Assembly (NCBI RefSeq): GCF_030684315.1
Contig: NC_081391.1
Coordinates: 20,358,629 to 20,422,628 of the forward strand
DNA length: 64,000 bases
DNA from: Stegostoma tigrinum
Taxonomy: Eukaryota
Direction: 5' to 3'
Shown: one piece after another, positions 39,389 to 56,604 of the stretch
Layout of the letters: each line of letters starts with the position of its first letter
How positions within the stretch are numbered: position 1 is the stretch's first letter
Notes under the pieces: generated by a model
Told to the model about the DNA's origin: nothing
Databases searched by the model: none
Seen by the model: only the letters and a program-made list of their open reading frames with translations
Program-made: the position numbers and the translations under genes

Positions 39389-39699
39389 GTAAAAACTAAA
39401 TGGGTTACTTAACAACAGCCAAGAATCTTGGATCTGAATGTTCAGTTTATTCCCAAGGTTTTGGCAGAGCAGGGTTTATATTTCCAGTATTGTGTGTGTG
39501 AGGAGCACCGTCCCTAATGGATGAGCTCTAACCTTTAGGTTATGCTGCTGTCTACACCTATTTCCCCTTGTCCGAAAATATCCCACCCGAGAACATCGTT
39601 TTTCTCTCGTTGACTCTATCAAATCAATTAATCAGCTTCAAATCTTAATAACAATTATTTCTTGTTCTTCTACACTCACAGGAACTTGAGGTTTTAAAA

Positions 39700-40020
39700 A
39701 ATGTTGTTTTGGGATGTTGGCATCACTGGCGGGGTGTGTATTTATTGCCCATCCCTAGTTTCCTCTTGAGAAGGTGGTGGTGAGTTGCCTTCGTGAACTG
39801 TTGCAATGTCCATCTGGTGAAAATAGACTCAGAGTGCCCCTAAGGAGAGAATTCCAGAAATCTGACTGATTTAACACTGCAGTAACATTGAAGGGACGGT
39901 AATATATTTCCAAGCCAGGATGGTGGATGGCTTGGAGGGGAACCTGCAGGGGGTGGTGTTCCCACGTCTCTACTGCCCTTGTCCGACCAGATGGAAGTGG
40001 ATGTGGCTTTGGAAGGAGCT
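39700..40020 (-). mobile_element. LINE 3' end sharing its tail with the DeuSINE
   Basis: Tail CTCACCACCACCTTCTCAAG...TAGGGATGGGCAATAAAT on the minus strand. Inverted paralogue at ~58676-58990. Confidence 0.55.
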
Positions 40021-41240
40021 GTCAAAATACCTGAATTTCATCTTCAATGCAAATTGCCTTCATTGTTTAACCCTTTCGACCTGTTGTCATCCTGTGCTGC
40101 ATTCCCTCACAGACTCATAGATCGAGACCTGAATACAGTATCATAGAAATGCACTCACTGGCATTTAATAAATGGTAGCAGAACTGTCAGATCATTAACG
40201 TGGGGGCATCATTTTAAGGTGAAGAGCAGTAGGTTTAGAGGGGATTTGCCAAAAACATTTTTCACCCAGATGGTGTGATGGGAATCTGGAATGCTCTGTG
40301 TGGGAGAGTAGTAGAGATGGGAAACCTCACAACTTTTGAAACGTACATGGATGGGCACTTGAAGTGTCATTACACTTAAGGCTATAGGTGAAGTGCTAGA
40401 AAGTGAGATGAGTGTAGATAGGTCAGCACAGACCTGATGTCTATGGCCCGAATGTCGAGCTCTTTGTATTCCAGACAATTCTGTGCCTGTCCACTAGCTC
40501 TTGCAATTTCTGCAGATGGATCCCGTAACCTTATGGTCACCACCAATTCTGTTCCCCGAATGTCACAGTTTAGCTAATTTCTCTTTCTTGTTCCGAAGTG
40601 CATGGCCTCACTCTTCCTCACATTGAGGCCTGCCTGCTGCTGTTTGCTCATTCATTTCAACAATGGCTTGTTGCAAACTTGCAGGTCCCATCCACACCAG
40701 CCACTTTGTCGCTTCACTTTGTTTTGTCAGGAAATTTGGACATATATCTCTCGAGTCCTTCATCTACGTCAATCTGTCAATGTGAAACTGAAGCCCATGT
40801 GGAGATTCCTGGGAGTGAGAGTCAAATTTTGTCAATCAAAGTTGGCAGCCATTCTGTCAGCCACCTTCCCCTTTCCCCATTCCCACCACATGTCCAACAG
40901 TATCTTCCTATTGTACGTGCATGCATTTTTCCTAATTATGTCATGGATACTCGTCATTGGTAGAATTGATATTAGTTGCTTTGACTGTTCTCAAACTGAG
41001 AGCATCAGTCCTCCAGGTCAGAGCTCCCGGATTCACCTTAGGGTTTGACGAGTTTGTAAATGAATATTTCTCCCTGTACATGATGTCGAATTAAACGACA
41101 TCTGAAGGTTTGAAGCATCTCTCATCTGGTCTAGAAGAGGTCAGGGACACTGACACTGATCACAGCAGTTTAGGATATTACCCTGCACGAGATAGCCTGC
41201 AGCAAATCTGCAAATCAACCAGTCACACTGGGAAAACAGA

Positions 41241-41334
41241 GATAATGGGAACTGCAGATGCTGGAGAATCCAGGATAACAAAGTGTGGAGCTGGATGGAC
41301 ACAGCATGCCAAGCAACATCTCAGGAGCACAACT
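41241..41334 (-). mobile_element. Short (~95 bp) Penelope 3'-end insertion with TSD
   Basis: Matches the PLE 3' terminus downstream of the hammerhead. Flanked by CTGGGAAAACAGA (41228-41240) and CTGGGGGAAACAGA (41335-41348). Inverted paralogue at 57388-57482. Confidence 0.8.
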
Positions 41335-42619
41335 CTGGGGGAAACAGACAGGATGCCTCTCTCAGAATCCTATCACTCCCATTGCTGTTAAGTTTCATGT
41401 GGAGCTTTATCCGATCAAGCTCAGGAGCTCTATCATCCATTCCTTCTTCTGAAAGGAAGTTGTCTGTTGGATTTCTCTTAGATTTGAGAAGCGAGATTTT
41501 AGAAAAAAAAGGAACAGCAGTATCATCTCAGGACCAGAGTCAATTCTTTTGGTATTTCCTGACACCAGAAAATATAGTCCTTTCAATTTAGAGTGCAGGA
41601 AATTGTTGAACAAATTGCAGCCTGAGAATCTACGTCCAGTAACAGATTTAAGTCCGACATGATAATGTCTCACTTGTGCACCCCTGCCCTCCTCAGGACT
41701 GACTCTGAACACTGCAGTATATGGAGAATGACTATTCAGTTAGTTCGCTACATCCAGGGTAAGCACCAGGATCCCTTACTCATTTAATTGTATGCTTGCG
41801 ACAACACAAAAAAAAAATGTGAGCGAGAGTCCACGTGGCGGACTCCCAAGGCAATGGCCACCTACCTCTATACAACAGAGACTCTATCACTGGTGTGTCT
41901 CGCAAGCCTGCCGCTGTTTGGATAATGAGTGCTTTCCTGAAGTTTGGCAGTCGGCCCAGTTGTTTGTCTTAAACTCAGGGCTGTGTGAGCTGTTAATTGC
42001 CAGTGCTTAAACTTGTGGAAGAGTTTTCTAACCAAGTGCCAGCCGAAGCTATTTCACATGAGCACCAACTGCATTGCTGAGCCACTCGAGTCACATGCAG
42101 GCCAGATCAGCTAAGGGTAGCAGATTTCACTCCCAGAGAAAGATTAGTCAAACAGAAGAATGGGAGATATGCAAAACTGTCAGATAGTAAACTGCCCTGA
42201 TACACCAGCCATCTCTTTCGGTTTTTAAAGACTCTCCAAATTCTCAACTGAAATTTGGAAGAAAATTGATCACTGACGTTTGGCAGCCAGTAAAATAAGG
42301 AACTGCAAAAGCATGTTTAAGAGAAGTGTGGTGTAGTGGCAGCATCCCTAGACAAGGATGGTCAGGTTTGTGCCCCACCCGAGAGGCGATTAACATCCAA
42401 AAATGAATTGATTAGCAGAGGGTTCAACTGTGTCAAAAACGTCAAAGAAGCACTTGCCATACAACCGAAATATCATGGATCTGGACAAAAATCAGTTATT
42501 CAATTTCACAAAAAGTGTTTCTTCATTATGGAGATTTTATTTTCCAATTCAACAAGGGTAGATAAGGTTTCTAAAACACTAAATCCATTTACAGCACTGA
42601 TGGGATTCTAAAATCCCAC

Positions 42620-45428
<2,809 letters not shown>

Positions 45429-48400
45429 TGTCACTATTCCTGCTCACTATCACGTAAACAAGTCTCATACTAAGTCTCTGTACCATATGCTCTAGTATTT
45501 ATACTCCTGGGACATTCTACGCTCAACGAGGGAATGACATCACCAATGATGACTGACATTCCCTGAAAGCCAATTAGGAATCTCCCATGAATTTAGCCCC
45601 GCCTCTGCCCTCCCACCAATTAGAGAGAGGGTGTGGGTGTATGAGGCAGAGCTGATCAGAGGTGCAGATTGTTGTCAAGTCTGGATGGTTATTCTGTGAT
45701 TGGATCAGCAGTCGGTCATTTAGAATCTCCAATCTGCCGGAACTCTCTGTCAGGTCATGGCTAGTTTGAACAAAAAATTAGATTTGGATTTGGAAAGCTT
45801 TTCTTTCTAAGCTTGTTGTGACCAACTGCAGGAGGTGCTCAATGAAGGAGAATCAGTTTCTGAGCATGTTCTGCTGGAATATTGGAGAGAAAGGTCGGAG
45901 ATTGGTGGTATTTCCTAGAAATTTGTAACAGAAACAAACAGGACAAAGACAGGAAGGATGTTTCTGATGACCAATGTGCCCAGAACCAAGGGTCGCTGTC
46001 TCAGGATACAGAGTAGTCTGTTTGGGATTGAGATGAGGAGAAATGTCTTCAGCCAGACAGTGGGGAGTCTGTTGTATTCTGTGGGACAGGAAACAGTTGA
46101 GGCCAAAAGACTGAAGGTTTTGAAGAGTGAGATGTAGCTGATAGGGCTATGGGGATCAAAGGGTATGGAGAGAGAGTGTGAAGAAGGTACTGAGTTAAGG
46201 GATTACCCATGATCATATGGAATGTCAGAGCAGGCTGGAAGGGCTGTATCAAACTGCTTCATAATTTTGAACATTTCAATCAGGTCATCTTTTAATCTTC
46301 TCTGCTCCAAGGAGATAAGGCCAATTTTTAAAATCTTTCCTGGTATCATTCCAGCAAATCTCCTTTGCACAGTGCCCAGGGCTTTAATGCCCTCCCTTAC
46401 AAACAGTGCCCAGAATTGAACACAATACTCTAATGCGGTCTGACCAATGGTGTGTAGTGGTGTAGCGTTACTTCTTTGCTTTTATACTCTCGGGCTCTCC
46501 TTAAAAACACAAGATTCCTATAAGCCTTCTTCATGACTGTTTCATCTTGCCTGGCCACCTTCAGGGAATTGTAGTTTTAAATCCTGAGGGCTCTCTGCTC
46601 CTGTACTCACCTTGACGTTGTTCCATTGAACCTGTATTATCTCTTCATGTCTCCATGTTTCTTCGACCAAAATGCATTTCTTGCATTTTTTTGTGTTGAA
46701 ATTATAAAGTGATTGCCAACATCAAATCTTACCCAATAAAAATCAAGAGATGCTAATTTTGAAGTCTTCAACTGACACCGGACATGTGTGTGTGTCCACT
46801 ACCCACTATCCTTTCTGTGAAGAAGCTGTTTCTGACATTATCCTGGACAGTTTAGCACTAATTTGAAGATTCTATTTCCATTCCAGACCCTACGTCCTGG
46901 ATGACCCATTGAGACTAAACAATTCCTCACAAGCTACCCTGTCAAATCCACGAATGCTCTTAAAACTTTCAATTACCGCCATCTCTTAACCTTCCATACT
47001 GAGGGACTCGGGCAAGCTGCCATCATCATTTAACCAGCTCTTTATCTCTGAGTTGATTCTGGAAATTCTCTGCTGCACCATCTTCAGGCCCAACCTGCCA
47101 AAAATGAGATCTCCAGAGGTGGTTGAACCAGAACGTGACAATTTCACAAAAAAACCTCCACCCAGGGGTGTTCAAATCCCTTTGAGATCAGGACTGACAT
47201 TGAATTAATTTCTTTGTTCAGTGTTTTTATATCTCGTCACTAGTTTCAATACATTTTTGTCCACTTGTCTCAGTTTCATTTTGATCATTAGTTTTGACAA
47301 CCCAGCAGAAGATGTTCCCATTTCTAAAACACTCTGGCTCATCTTTCTTGGTCAGAAGTGGATAACTTCACACTTCCCCTTATTGAACTGTATCAGCCAG
47401 TCTTGCCCACTCCATGGAAGTTTGAAACATTCTCCTGTCATGATAAAGTGCCACTTGATGTAATGCCATCAGCAAATATTTGAATTGAGGCAGTCCATTT
47501 CTTCATCTGTAACATTTATAATCCAAGGAAAAGTTAAGGGCCCAGCTTCGCTCCTTGGGGAAAGTAATCACATCTTGCTTTTTCTTTTATTACCTCATGG
47601 GATGAAGGTTTTGTTGGCTGCCCCAGCATTTATTGTACTTCCCTAATTATTATTGTCTTCTTGAATTGCTGTTGTTCATTTGGAGCAGGGAGATCCATCA
47701 TGCCATTTTGGACAGAATTCCAGGATTCAGATGGTATGACTGTAGATTGAGTTTTGCCTCATGAGCTTCATTGAGTATTTTGAAGATTTGATGAAGAGCA
47801 ATGATGAGGGCAGAGTGGTGGGCGTGATCTACATGGACTGCAATGAAGCGTTTGACAATGTTGCTCATAGTAAGATGTTTAGCAAAGTGAGATCACATGG
47901 AATCCAGGGAGAATTATCCATTTGGATACAGAAATGGCTCAAAGGTGGAAGGCACAGGGTGCCGGTAGAGGCAACAAAGTGTGGAGCTGGAGGAACACAG
48001 CAGCCCAGGCAGAATCAGAGGAACAGAAAAGCTGATGTTTCGGGTTGAGACCCTTGAGAAATTGGGGGTGGGGGGGAAGGGGAAACTCAGAAATAAAGAG
48101 GAGGGGTGGGACTGGGAAGGTAGATGTGATGGTGATGGGTGAGTGCAGGTAGGGAGTGGTCAGTGAGGTGGGAAAAGAAGATGAACATGAACAGGTCAAG
48201 GAGGTGGGGATTGGTCATGGGATTAGGAGACTTGAGGTTAATAAGGTTCACATTTAGTGTCTTGGGCTGTAAGCTCCCAAGGCAGAATGAGGTGCTCCTC
48301 CTCCAGTTTGCGAATGACATTGGTGTGATACTGGAGGATACCCAAGATGGACAGGTCAGCCATGGATTGGTAGGGGGGGAAAAGAAGTTAAAACATTTTG

Positions 48401-48981
48401 CGATTGGAAAAAGTTGTTTGTTGCTCATTGAGCGCAGATGCTCTAGAAAAACTGTCTCCCTCATGGTGGCGACATTGGGTGCAGCCGATACAATAGACCA
48501 ACTTCAAACAGGTGCAGGTGATCTGTGTCTGATGCCGAAGGTTTGTTTGTTTTTGTTCTGAATGGAGACACGGGCTGGATGTGGTGGTGGGGCGCCGAGG
48601 GTGTCAGGGAATGGTGTAGCTGTTCCTGCAGTTGCAGGGAACAGGGCTGGGGTTAATGGGGAGTACAGAGTGGATGAGGGAGTGGCAGGGATACAAGCGT
48701 AGAGGTACTGGGGTGTCCACAGTAAGAGGGGCTATGCCTGCTTCTGTGGAATATGTGGAACAGTCCCTCTTCTGCTGCTCCACTGGCACTATCCCCTACC
48801 TGTTCCTTACTCAAAGATTAACAGTAAATAGCCAGCTACATTGCTGTGTGGGTGGTGAGTCAGCTGTCGGCCAACTGCTTTCCTTCCCTGAAAGGGTGAG
48901 AAAAGTTTAGAACTGCTGATAGTTGGCCTTTCTGCAAATTAAGTGAAGTGTCTCTGCTACTCTGACCCACCCCCCCACTGA

Positions 48982-49045
48982 AGCCTCGAGGCAATGAAGG
49001 GAACTCTGCAGATAAAGAAGGTGAACCAGAGGCTCCTGGATCTTC
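48982..49045 (+). pseudogene. Plus-strand relic of ferritin exon 3
   Basis: Duplicate of 10149-10213. Confidence 0.7.
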
Positions 49046-49978
49046 TTCTCTGCAAATGTAGCTTCAATTGCACCAGCTGTCCTCAGCAGTTGATTGCTGG
49101 AGCAAGAACAGGGACTATGCCACATTTGTCCCACATGCTACAAGGTGGGCATTGAGGATAGGAGACACTGTTACAGGAGAGAGCAGATTCCTCACACAGT
49201 CTCCGACAGTAGAGACTTGTTAGAAAATCCAATTCCTTAGCTTGGGAAACTAGAACAGTGGTGTATTGCTTGCTCAAAGAAGCATGGAACAAAAGCAACC
49301 TGCATGCCAGATGCTATTGCTGTTACAGTCTCAAGGAATATTTTTAATGCTTAGATTCTACCAGTAAAGTTAACAGAAGATTACTGGCAAAACTGAGGCC
49401 TGGCAGTACCTGGGGACAGACTTCAGTTGTGGAGTCACCAGACTCAAACATTAACTGATTAAATCAACACACATCCAGAGTTCCACCTGCACCTATCCCA
49501 CCACTCCCCAACCCCAATTTTTATTTTGTATGAACCCAGCTTTTAGGAAAGTTGGAGTATTGCTCGGGAGAGGGCACCAGTTAAGTGGCTAACAGTCAGA
49601 CAGAGTGGAGCAATTTTGGTGAAGCTATTCACTGGAGACTACTCTTACAGAATTGTCACAGTGAGGACAAGACAGATAGTGAGCATTGCGAACAAGCCAA
49701 AAGCTTAACAGTTGTGATTTCCACAACAATTACTCACTTCAAAAATTCTTCTGTCTCTGGATTCAGAAACTGAACAAAAATTGCCAGGGCAAGCATCGAT
49801 TCAATGCAGAGAGCAAAAAGCCGAAGGGATTTAATAATCAGATAATAAACAGCCAAATAAATGAAGCAGTCACTCAAAGTCGTCAGATACATGGGCAATG
49901 TTTTCATTGACTTTTTTGTGCACTCTGCACTTGCACTAGAACACCAGTGTACATGAAATGGAGTTGCTGAATCCCCAT

Positions 49979-51171
49979 TCAGCTCAGGCTGAGCGTGTCA
50001 AACAGATACTCTCCTTTGCCCTTCTGAGGGGCTCCCAGTCTCTTCAGGTTGGTGATGTGATCTCCCAGCTTCTTGATCATCTTCACTTGCTCATCCAAGT
50101 AGTGCCTCTCCAGGAAGTCGCACAGCTGGAAGACAAGACAAGTTAGTTGAGTCCATTGAAGACATATGGAAGTGACCCTTAATTCAGATTTAACAAATCA
50201 CCACCATGTTGAGGGAGAGGGGCACTCTGGTGATGCGTTTGGACTGTTGTAGATTTAACAGTCTGCAGGAGGCAGTTATGAGATAATTGTATTCCCCCTC
50301 CCCCCAGGAGTAGACAAACAGATTACTTTCAGGTTGGAAACATTCATCTTTCCTGTAATTTCAAAGTCATCCTGGTAGTTTGTTGCTCTAAAGGCCATCA
50401 GCCCTACATGCTGAATTTAGCAGTGAAAGGCCAGGGAGCTTCTTGGAGAGAAAGTGAGGAACTCACATGAGGGTCTGTGTGGCCAGAGGAGAGTTTGTGC
50501 AGATCCAGCAGACTCCGGTTCACATCCTTCTCCATCTGCTGAGCTCCCTGCATTTCCTCCAGACCATTGCCATGGTCAGGCTTCTGAAGCGGCAGCGTGG
50601 GGCTGGATGGCAAGAGACAAGACATCACTTAAAACGCAAGAAACCAGTGAAAAAAGCAACAAGACCTCCATCCCATTAAGAGAGTGTACAACAGCTAAGA
50701 GATTATATCCAAAGCATTAAAATGAAATAATATTCTCGGCTTAAAGAAGTCTTCATCAGGACAAGATCACATTCCATTAAACCCAACCTTGATGTCCTAC
50801 AGGAGGACCCAGCACCCACATTCATTCTGGAATGCCATCAGTTTGTCAGCATGTTCCCATTCCTTCAAGGAGTAGTCCCATGAGAACTCAAACAGACCTC
50901 AGGTCATACATCAGGATCAAACCATTGAAAGATTATTCACTTCTCAAGGTCAGGGGAAGGCCACAGAAGATTCTAACATGAATTGAATGATGCAGAGAGA
51001 TGCTACACCCACAATACAAGGAGGCCACAGCTTTAAATCTGAAATAAATCCAGAGAACATCACAATCACCATGGAGAGATAAACATAGGAAAAAGAAAGC
51101 ACCAGGTTGATCTGCTTGTTAACAACACCCACACAGTCCTTGTGGTAGCTCTGATGCACCTGGGAGGCCAT
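49979..51171 (-). pseudogene. Ferritin D-type copy D3, probable pseudogene (exon 2 partly deleted)
   Basis: Exon 1 51070-51171 is open with E27V. A ~580-bp deletion removes much of intron 1 and the 5' part of exon 2 (remnant 50788-50890, with TAG). Exon 3 50467-50583 and exon 4 49979-50125 are open. TATA 51239-51246. Confidence 0.88.
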
Positions 51172-52666
51172 CCTCACTGTTCCTGCTCACAATCACTTGG
51201 CCAACTCTAGAACTGAATCTCCCTCCCACAAGCTCTTGTATTTATACTCCAGAGAACATCCTGCACCAACCAGGGAATGACATCACTAACAATGATTGAC
51301 AATCTCTGACAGCCAATCAGGAATCTGTAAGAACCCAGTCACCAATGAACAGAGGAGAAGGAGTGTGGGGCAATGTGCTGAGACCCAGAGTCAATCAGAG
51401 ATTTGGGCAACAGTCAGGCTGAGATTATTATTGTGTGAAAATGAGAGCACTTAGCCTCTCAAACCTGTTCCCCCATTCAACTGGATCAGTGCAAGTCTGT
51501 CTCTTCTTTTAATACCTTTGCCTGGGTTCTGCATCACATCATATTGCGAACTAACACAGCTCAACAAATCAGTTTCGAAATGTCCAAGGGGCTTGCAGAA
51601 TGTTGGGAGTGATACTGTAATGTTTGAGATTAAGCATCATCACTGATTACCATAGCTTTGATCTGAAGATTATTCCCCCTTTTCCAGGATTATTTCGCCA
51701 CAGGAAACAGTACATTGTCTAACGGCACGATTAGATCCATTGGGAATCCAAAGTACCTGGATAATATTCGTTCTCGAGTCTTCCACACTCTTGCAAGGAC
51801 AAGGCTAGTTGATGTAAACTGTATTCATAACGTAACCAGCTTGGGGCTGAGAAAATGCTGGTGAATCTGTGCTAAGGTCCCTCAAATAACCCTGTCAGAG
51901 CTCAGCACAGCGCTCCAAATGTGCTCTGATGCCACGTCTATGCTGTTGTATTACAACACATGCTGTTTTGTTGTCCAGCCGGCTTGGGGGGAAACTGAGC
52001 ACGTTCTGGCCTTTTTAATTCGGCTTTCATATCTGCCCACTGCCACACGGTTATTACGGTGCTGATGGTGACCATTCGGCCCATCGTATCCACCACCAAC
52101 TCGCTGAGCGTTTCACCTCTTGCCATTCTCCTGCACTGTCCCTGTAATCTCCATGTTATTCCCTTTCAGATATCAGTCCTATTCCCTTTTGAATGCGTGA
52201 ATTGAACCTGCCTCCAACACACTCTCGGACTATACATTTCACACCCTATCCACTCGCTGTGTTGCAAGGTTTTTATTTTCGCAGATCACTTCAGCTTCTT
52301 TTGCCAATTTTAAACCTGTGCCTTCTTGCACCTGACCCTTTCACAAATGGGAATATCATGCCCCTGTTTGTTCTTTCTGGATCCAAATTTGAGCCGTTTG
52401 CTTTCCAGAAAGACAAGTCCCAGCTTCTCCAATATATCCTCACACCTGAAATTCCTCATTCCTGTTGCCATTCCAGTAAGCCTCTTCTGCACTCTCTCCA
52501 ATACCTCCACTCTTTCCTTCAGTGTGATGTGCAGATCGAGACACAGTATTCCTGTTGGAGTCAAACTTAAGCAGGTCCAGCATAATCACCTTGCTCTTGT
52601 ACACTTGTCCCTACTAATAAAGCTCAGGGCACTGCGAGCTTTGTAAACGATTCTCTTAAACAGTCC

Positions 52667-54037
52667 TCAGAGATAATGGGAACTGCAGGTGCTGGAGAAT
52701 CTGAGATAACAAAGTGTAGAGCTGGATGAACACCGCAGGCCAAGCAGCATCTTAGGCGCACAAAAGCTGATGTTTCGGGCCAAGACCCTTCATCAGAAAA
52801 GGGGGATGGGGAGAGGATTCTGAAATAAATAGGGAGAGAGGGGTAGGCAGACTGAAGATGGATCGAGGAGAAGGTAGGTGGAGAGGAGAGTATGGGTGGG
52901 GAGCTAGAGAGGGATAGGTCAGTCCGGGGAGGACGGACAGGTCAAAGGGGCGGGATGAGGTTACTTGGTAGAAAATGGAGGTGTGGCTTGAGGTTGGAAG
53001 AGGGGCTAGGTGAGAGGAAGAACAGGTTAGGGAGGCTGGGATGAGCTGGGCTGGTTTTGGGATGCAGTGGGGTGAGGGGAGTTTTTGAAGCTGGTGGAAT
53101 CCACATTGATACCATTGGGCTGCAGGGTTCCCAAGTGAAATATGAGTTGCTGTTCCTGCAACCTATGGGTGGCATCGGTCTGGCACTGCAGGAGGACCAG
53201 GATGGTCATGTTGTCTCAGGAATGGGAGGGGGAGTTGAAATGGTTCGCGACTGGGAGGTGCAGTTGTTTTTTGCAAATCGAGCGGACGTGTTCTGCTAAG
53301 CCATCCCCAAGCCTTCGCTTCGTTTCCCCAATGTAGAGGAAGCCACACTGTGTATGGCAGATACAGTATACCACATTGGCGGATGTGCAGGTGAACATCT
53401 GCTTGATATGGAAAGTCATCTTGGGGCCTGGGATGGGGGCGAGGGAAGAGGTGAGGGGGCAGGAGTCGCACTTCCTGCGATTGTAGCGGAAAGTGCTGGG
53501 TGTGGTGGTGTTGGACGGGATGTGGAGCGGACAAGGGAGTCACGGAGAGGGTGGTCTCTCCAGAAGGCAGACAAGGGTGGGGATGCAAAAATGTCTTGGT
53601 GGTGGGGGTCTAATTGTAGATGGCAGAAATGTCGGAGGATGATGTGTTGAATCTTGAGGTTGGTCGGGTGATACGCAAGGACTAGGGGAATTCTCTTGGG
53701 GAAGTTATCGCGAGGGTGGTGTATGAGGGATGAGTTGCGGGAAACACAATTGAGGACATTCTTGCCCACTGCAAAGGGGAAGTGGGAAGTGGCGGTCCTG
53801 TAAGAACGAGGACATCTGGGATGTGCAGGAGTGGAATGCCTCTCCTTAGCGCAGATGGGGGGGAAGAGGCAAAGGAATTGGGAATAGGGGATGGAGTTTT
53901 TGCAGAAGTTGGGTTGGAGGAGGCGTATTCCAGGTAGCTGTGGGAGTCCGAGGTCTCGAACTGGACATCGGTTTATAGGTGGTTGCCTGTGCTGGAAACA
54001 GAAGGTCCAGGAAGGTGAGGGATGTGTTGGAGATGGT
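52667..54037 (-). mobile_element. Penelope-like element nested in CR1
   Basis: ORF fragment [29 protein letters not shown]. Hammerhead core at 52769-52796 has an AUC triplet. Confidence 0.85.
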
Positions 54038-55446
54038 CCTTCCACCTTCAATTGTGTAATGCAATTACACCATGCAGTTCACTCACTCCTGGACCCTCCT
54101 TAGAAATGCACCTTTTATTTTGTATTGTCTCTACATGCTTTTCCCACCATTTTTTCCTGCTTTGAACTTCATCTGCCACTTGTTTGCCAATTCCACCAAT
54201 ATGTCTGTGACCTTTTGAGGTTCTACACCATGGTCCTCACGTTAAGTTTCTTATCATGTACAAATTCTGAAATTGCATCTTCTGTACCAACGTCTAAGTC
54301 ATTCATTTACTTTTGAAAAAGTCTGGCTCCTCCCCCTAACCCATGGAACTCCACTACAAACCATCCCCCTCGTTCAAAGAGCATCCATTTGCCATCACTT
54401 ATGTTTCCAGTAATGCAGCCAACTCCCTATCCCTGTCACTGCAGTGCCGTTCATTACCGGGGCTTTAACATTGTTCACAAATCTACAGCGTGGCACTGCA
54501 TTACATGTCTTTAGGAAGCCCACGTAGACCCCACACACAACAGCCCTCTCACCTAACTCTTCAAAATACTTGTGCTAGATACTTAAGTGATTTTCCTTTT
54601 GAGGAGATCTGGCCTGGCATGGATCTCCTGAACATTCACATCTGTCCTTGTAACTATTACACAATTTTCTACTCTCATCTCCATTACTGCCTGCCTTCCA
54701 CTCCCCAGCATCACTCATGGAAATGACAGGCATCTACTCCTTCATTTATCCCTTTTAGAAACTGAATGAACAAAGCTAGTGCAAAAGGACAAGGCCTCTA
54801 GAAGTTGTAGCCTCAGTGTTCATAATTTATTGCACCTAGTAACTTCCAAATTCAAAACTATATCCTTAAGCAGATTGAAAAGGTACTCTCCCCACCTGAG
54901 TCCCCAAAACTGACATTTCCAAATACATGCTGGTTGTGCTGCTTGGCTTCTATTTGAGCAAAGCCAGTGCTTTGCTTTCAGAGCTTCACCATGTTGGAGC
55001 TGAAAAAGTTGACTTGGCCCTTGCTCCTGTTGGAAGAAGGGCAGAATAGGACAAAGGAAACACCTAGTGTCAAATGCCTTCTAGAGATGAAAGGCATGTC
55101 ATGAAGTGGTACACACCTGGAAAGCAAATGTAACACTAAACAGAAAGGGGCAACACCTCATTTACAAGTCCCTTACATTTTTACCATGGAAAATTCACAT
55201 GTTCTATATGCACATAAAATTTATGCTAACTTTGTAGGAAGATATAGAAGTGAGTGAAATTTCTATTGTGGATTTTTTCAGTCAAGTTTCCTGGTTAGCT
55301 GTTGGTAATTCAGGTAGTTTAAAACACAAGAATCCAAAATCCAGTACCACAAATACTTGTATTTCCATTTGGCATGACAGACAGAAGAAGGCAAAGTGTT
55401 TGTCAGAACTAGGTCACTAATGGACCAATTTCTTCTATAACCCCAC

Positions 55447-55946
<500 letters not shown>

Positions 55947-56359
55947 CTGGAGGGAGGGAAGCAGGAACAGAAAGAACAGCTCAGCAGGCAGTTGTGTCAT
56001 TAGTCTACATCTGATCAATTAGCTGTCCCTCATCATTGTAGGGAGGTACTGCAAACCAATTTTAATTTGAGGAAGACTCCTAGATTTTGTACTGAGGGAA
56101 TAAGAAATTTTCTAAACACATTCTACTGTGAATATAGATTCTCAGAATTCACATGCAGAGAATAGGTACCAATGGAAGTAATTCCTGTCTTTCCTATTGT
56201 GGCGATGGGAATGATCACAAGGTATTAGAAACATCTTCCAGATTCAGAAAAGCTGGACACTGCTACTTTCCACACCTGCAAAAATTCCCTCTCATACCTT
56301 TCGTTACCTCACCTTGTCGAAAGGAGAGTCATATACAATGAGATCTACTCACTATTCTG

Positions 56360-56492
56360 TGATAATGGGAACTGCAGATTCCGGAAAATCCAAGATAATA
56401 AAATGTGAGGCTGGATGAACACAGCAGGTCCAGCAGCATCCCAGGAGCACAAAAGCTGACGTTTCAGGCCTAGACCCTTCATCAGAGAGGGC
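56360..56492 (-). mobile_element. 133-bp Penelope 3'-end insertion containing a hammerhead motif, 13-bp TSD
   Basis: Perfect TSD ACTCACTATTCTG at 56347-56359 and 56493-56505. Hammerhead CUGAUGA-AGGGUCUAGGCCU-GAAACGUC on the minus strand at 56458-56485. Confidence 0.88.
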
Positions 56493-56553
56493 ACTCACTA
56501 TTCTGGTTCATTTCAATTGCCTTCTGATGAAGAGTCACAAGGGCAAAGTATTT

Positions 56554-56604
56554 CCTGACAATGGCATGGGAGAGTACCTGTTTGACAGGCTCACCATGAG
56601 CTGA
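56554..56604 (+). pseudogene. Orphan 3' end of ferritin exon 4 at an inversion breakpoint
   Basis: Translates [16 protein letters not shown], followed by the same 3' flank as gene E and AATAAA near 56685. Confidence 0.9.
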
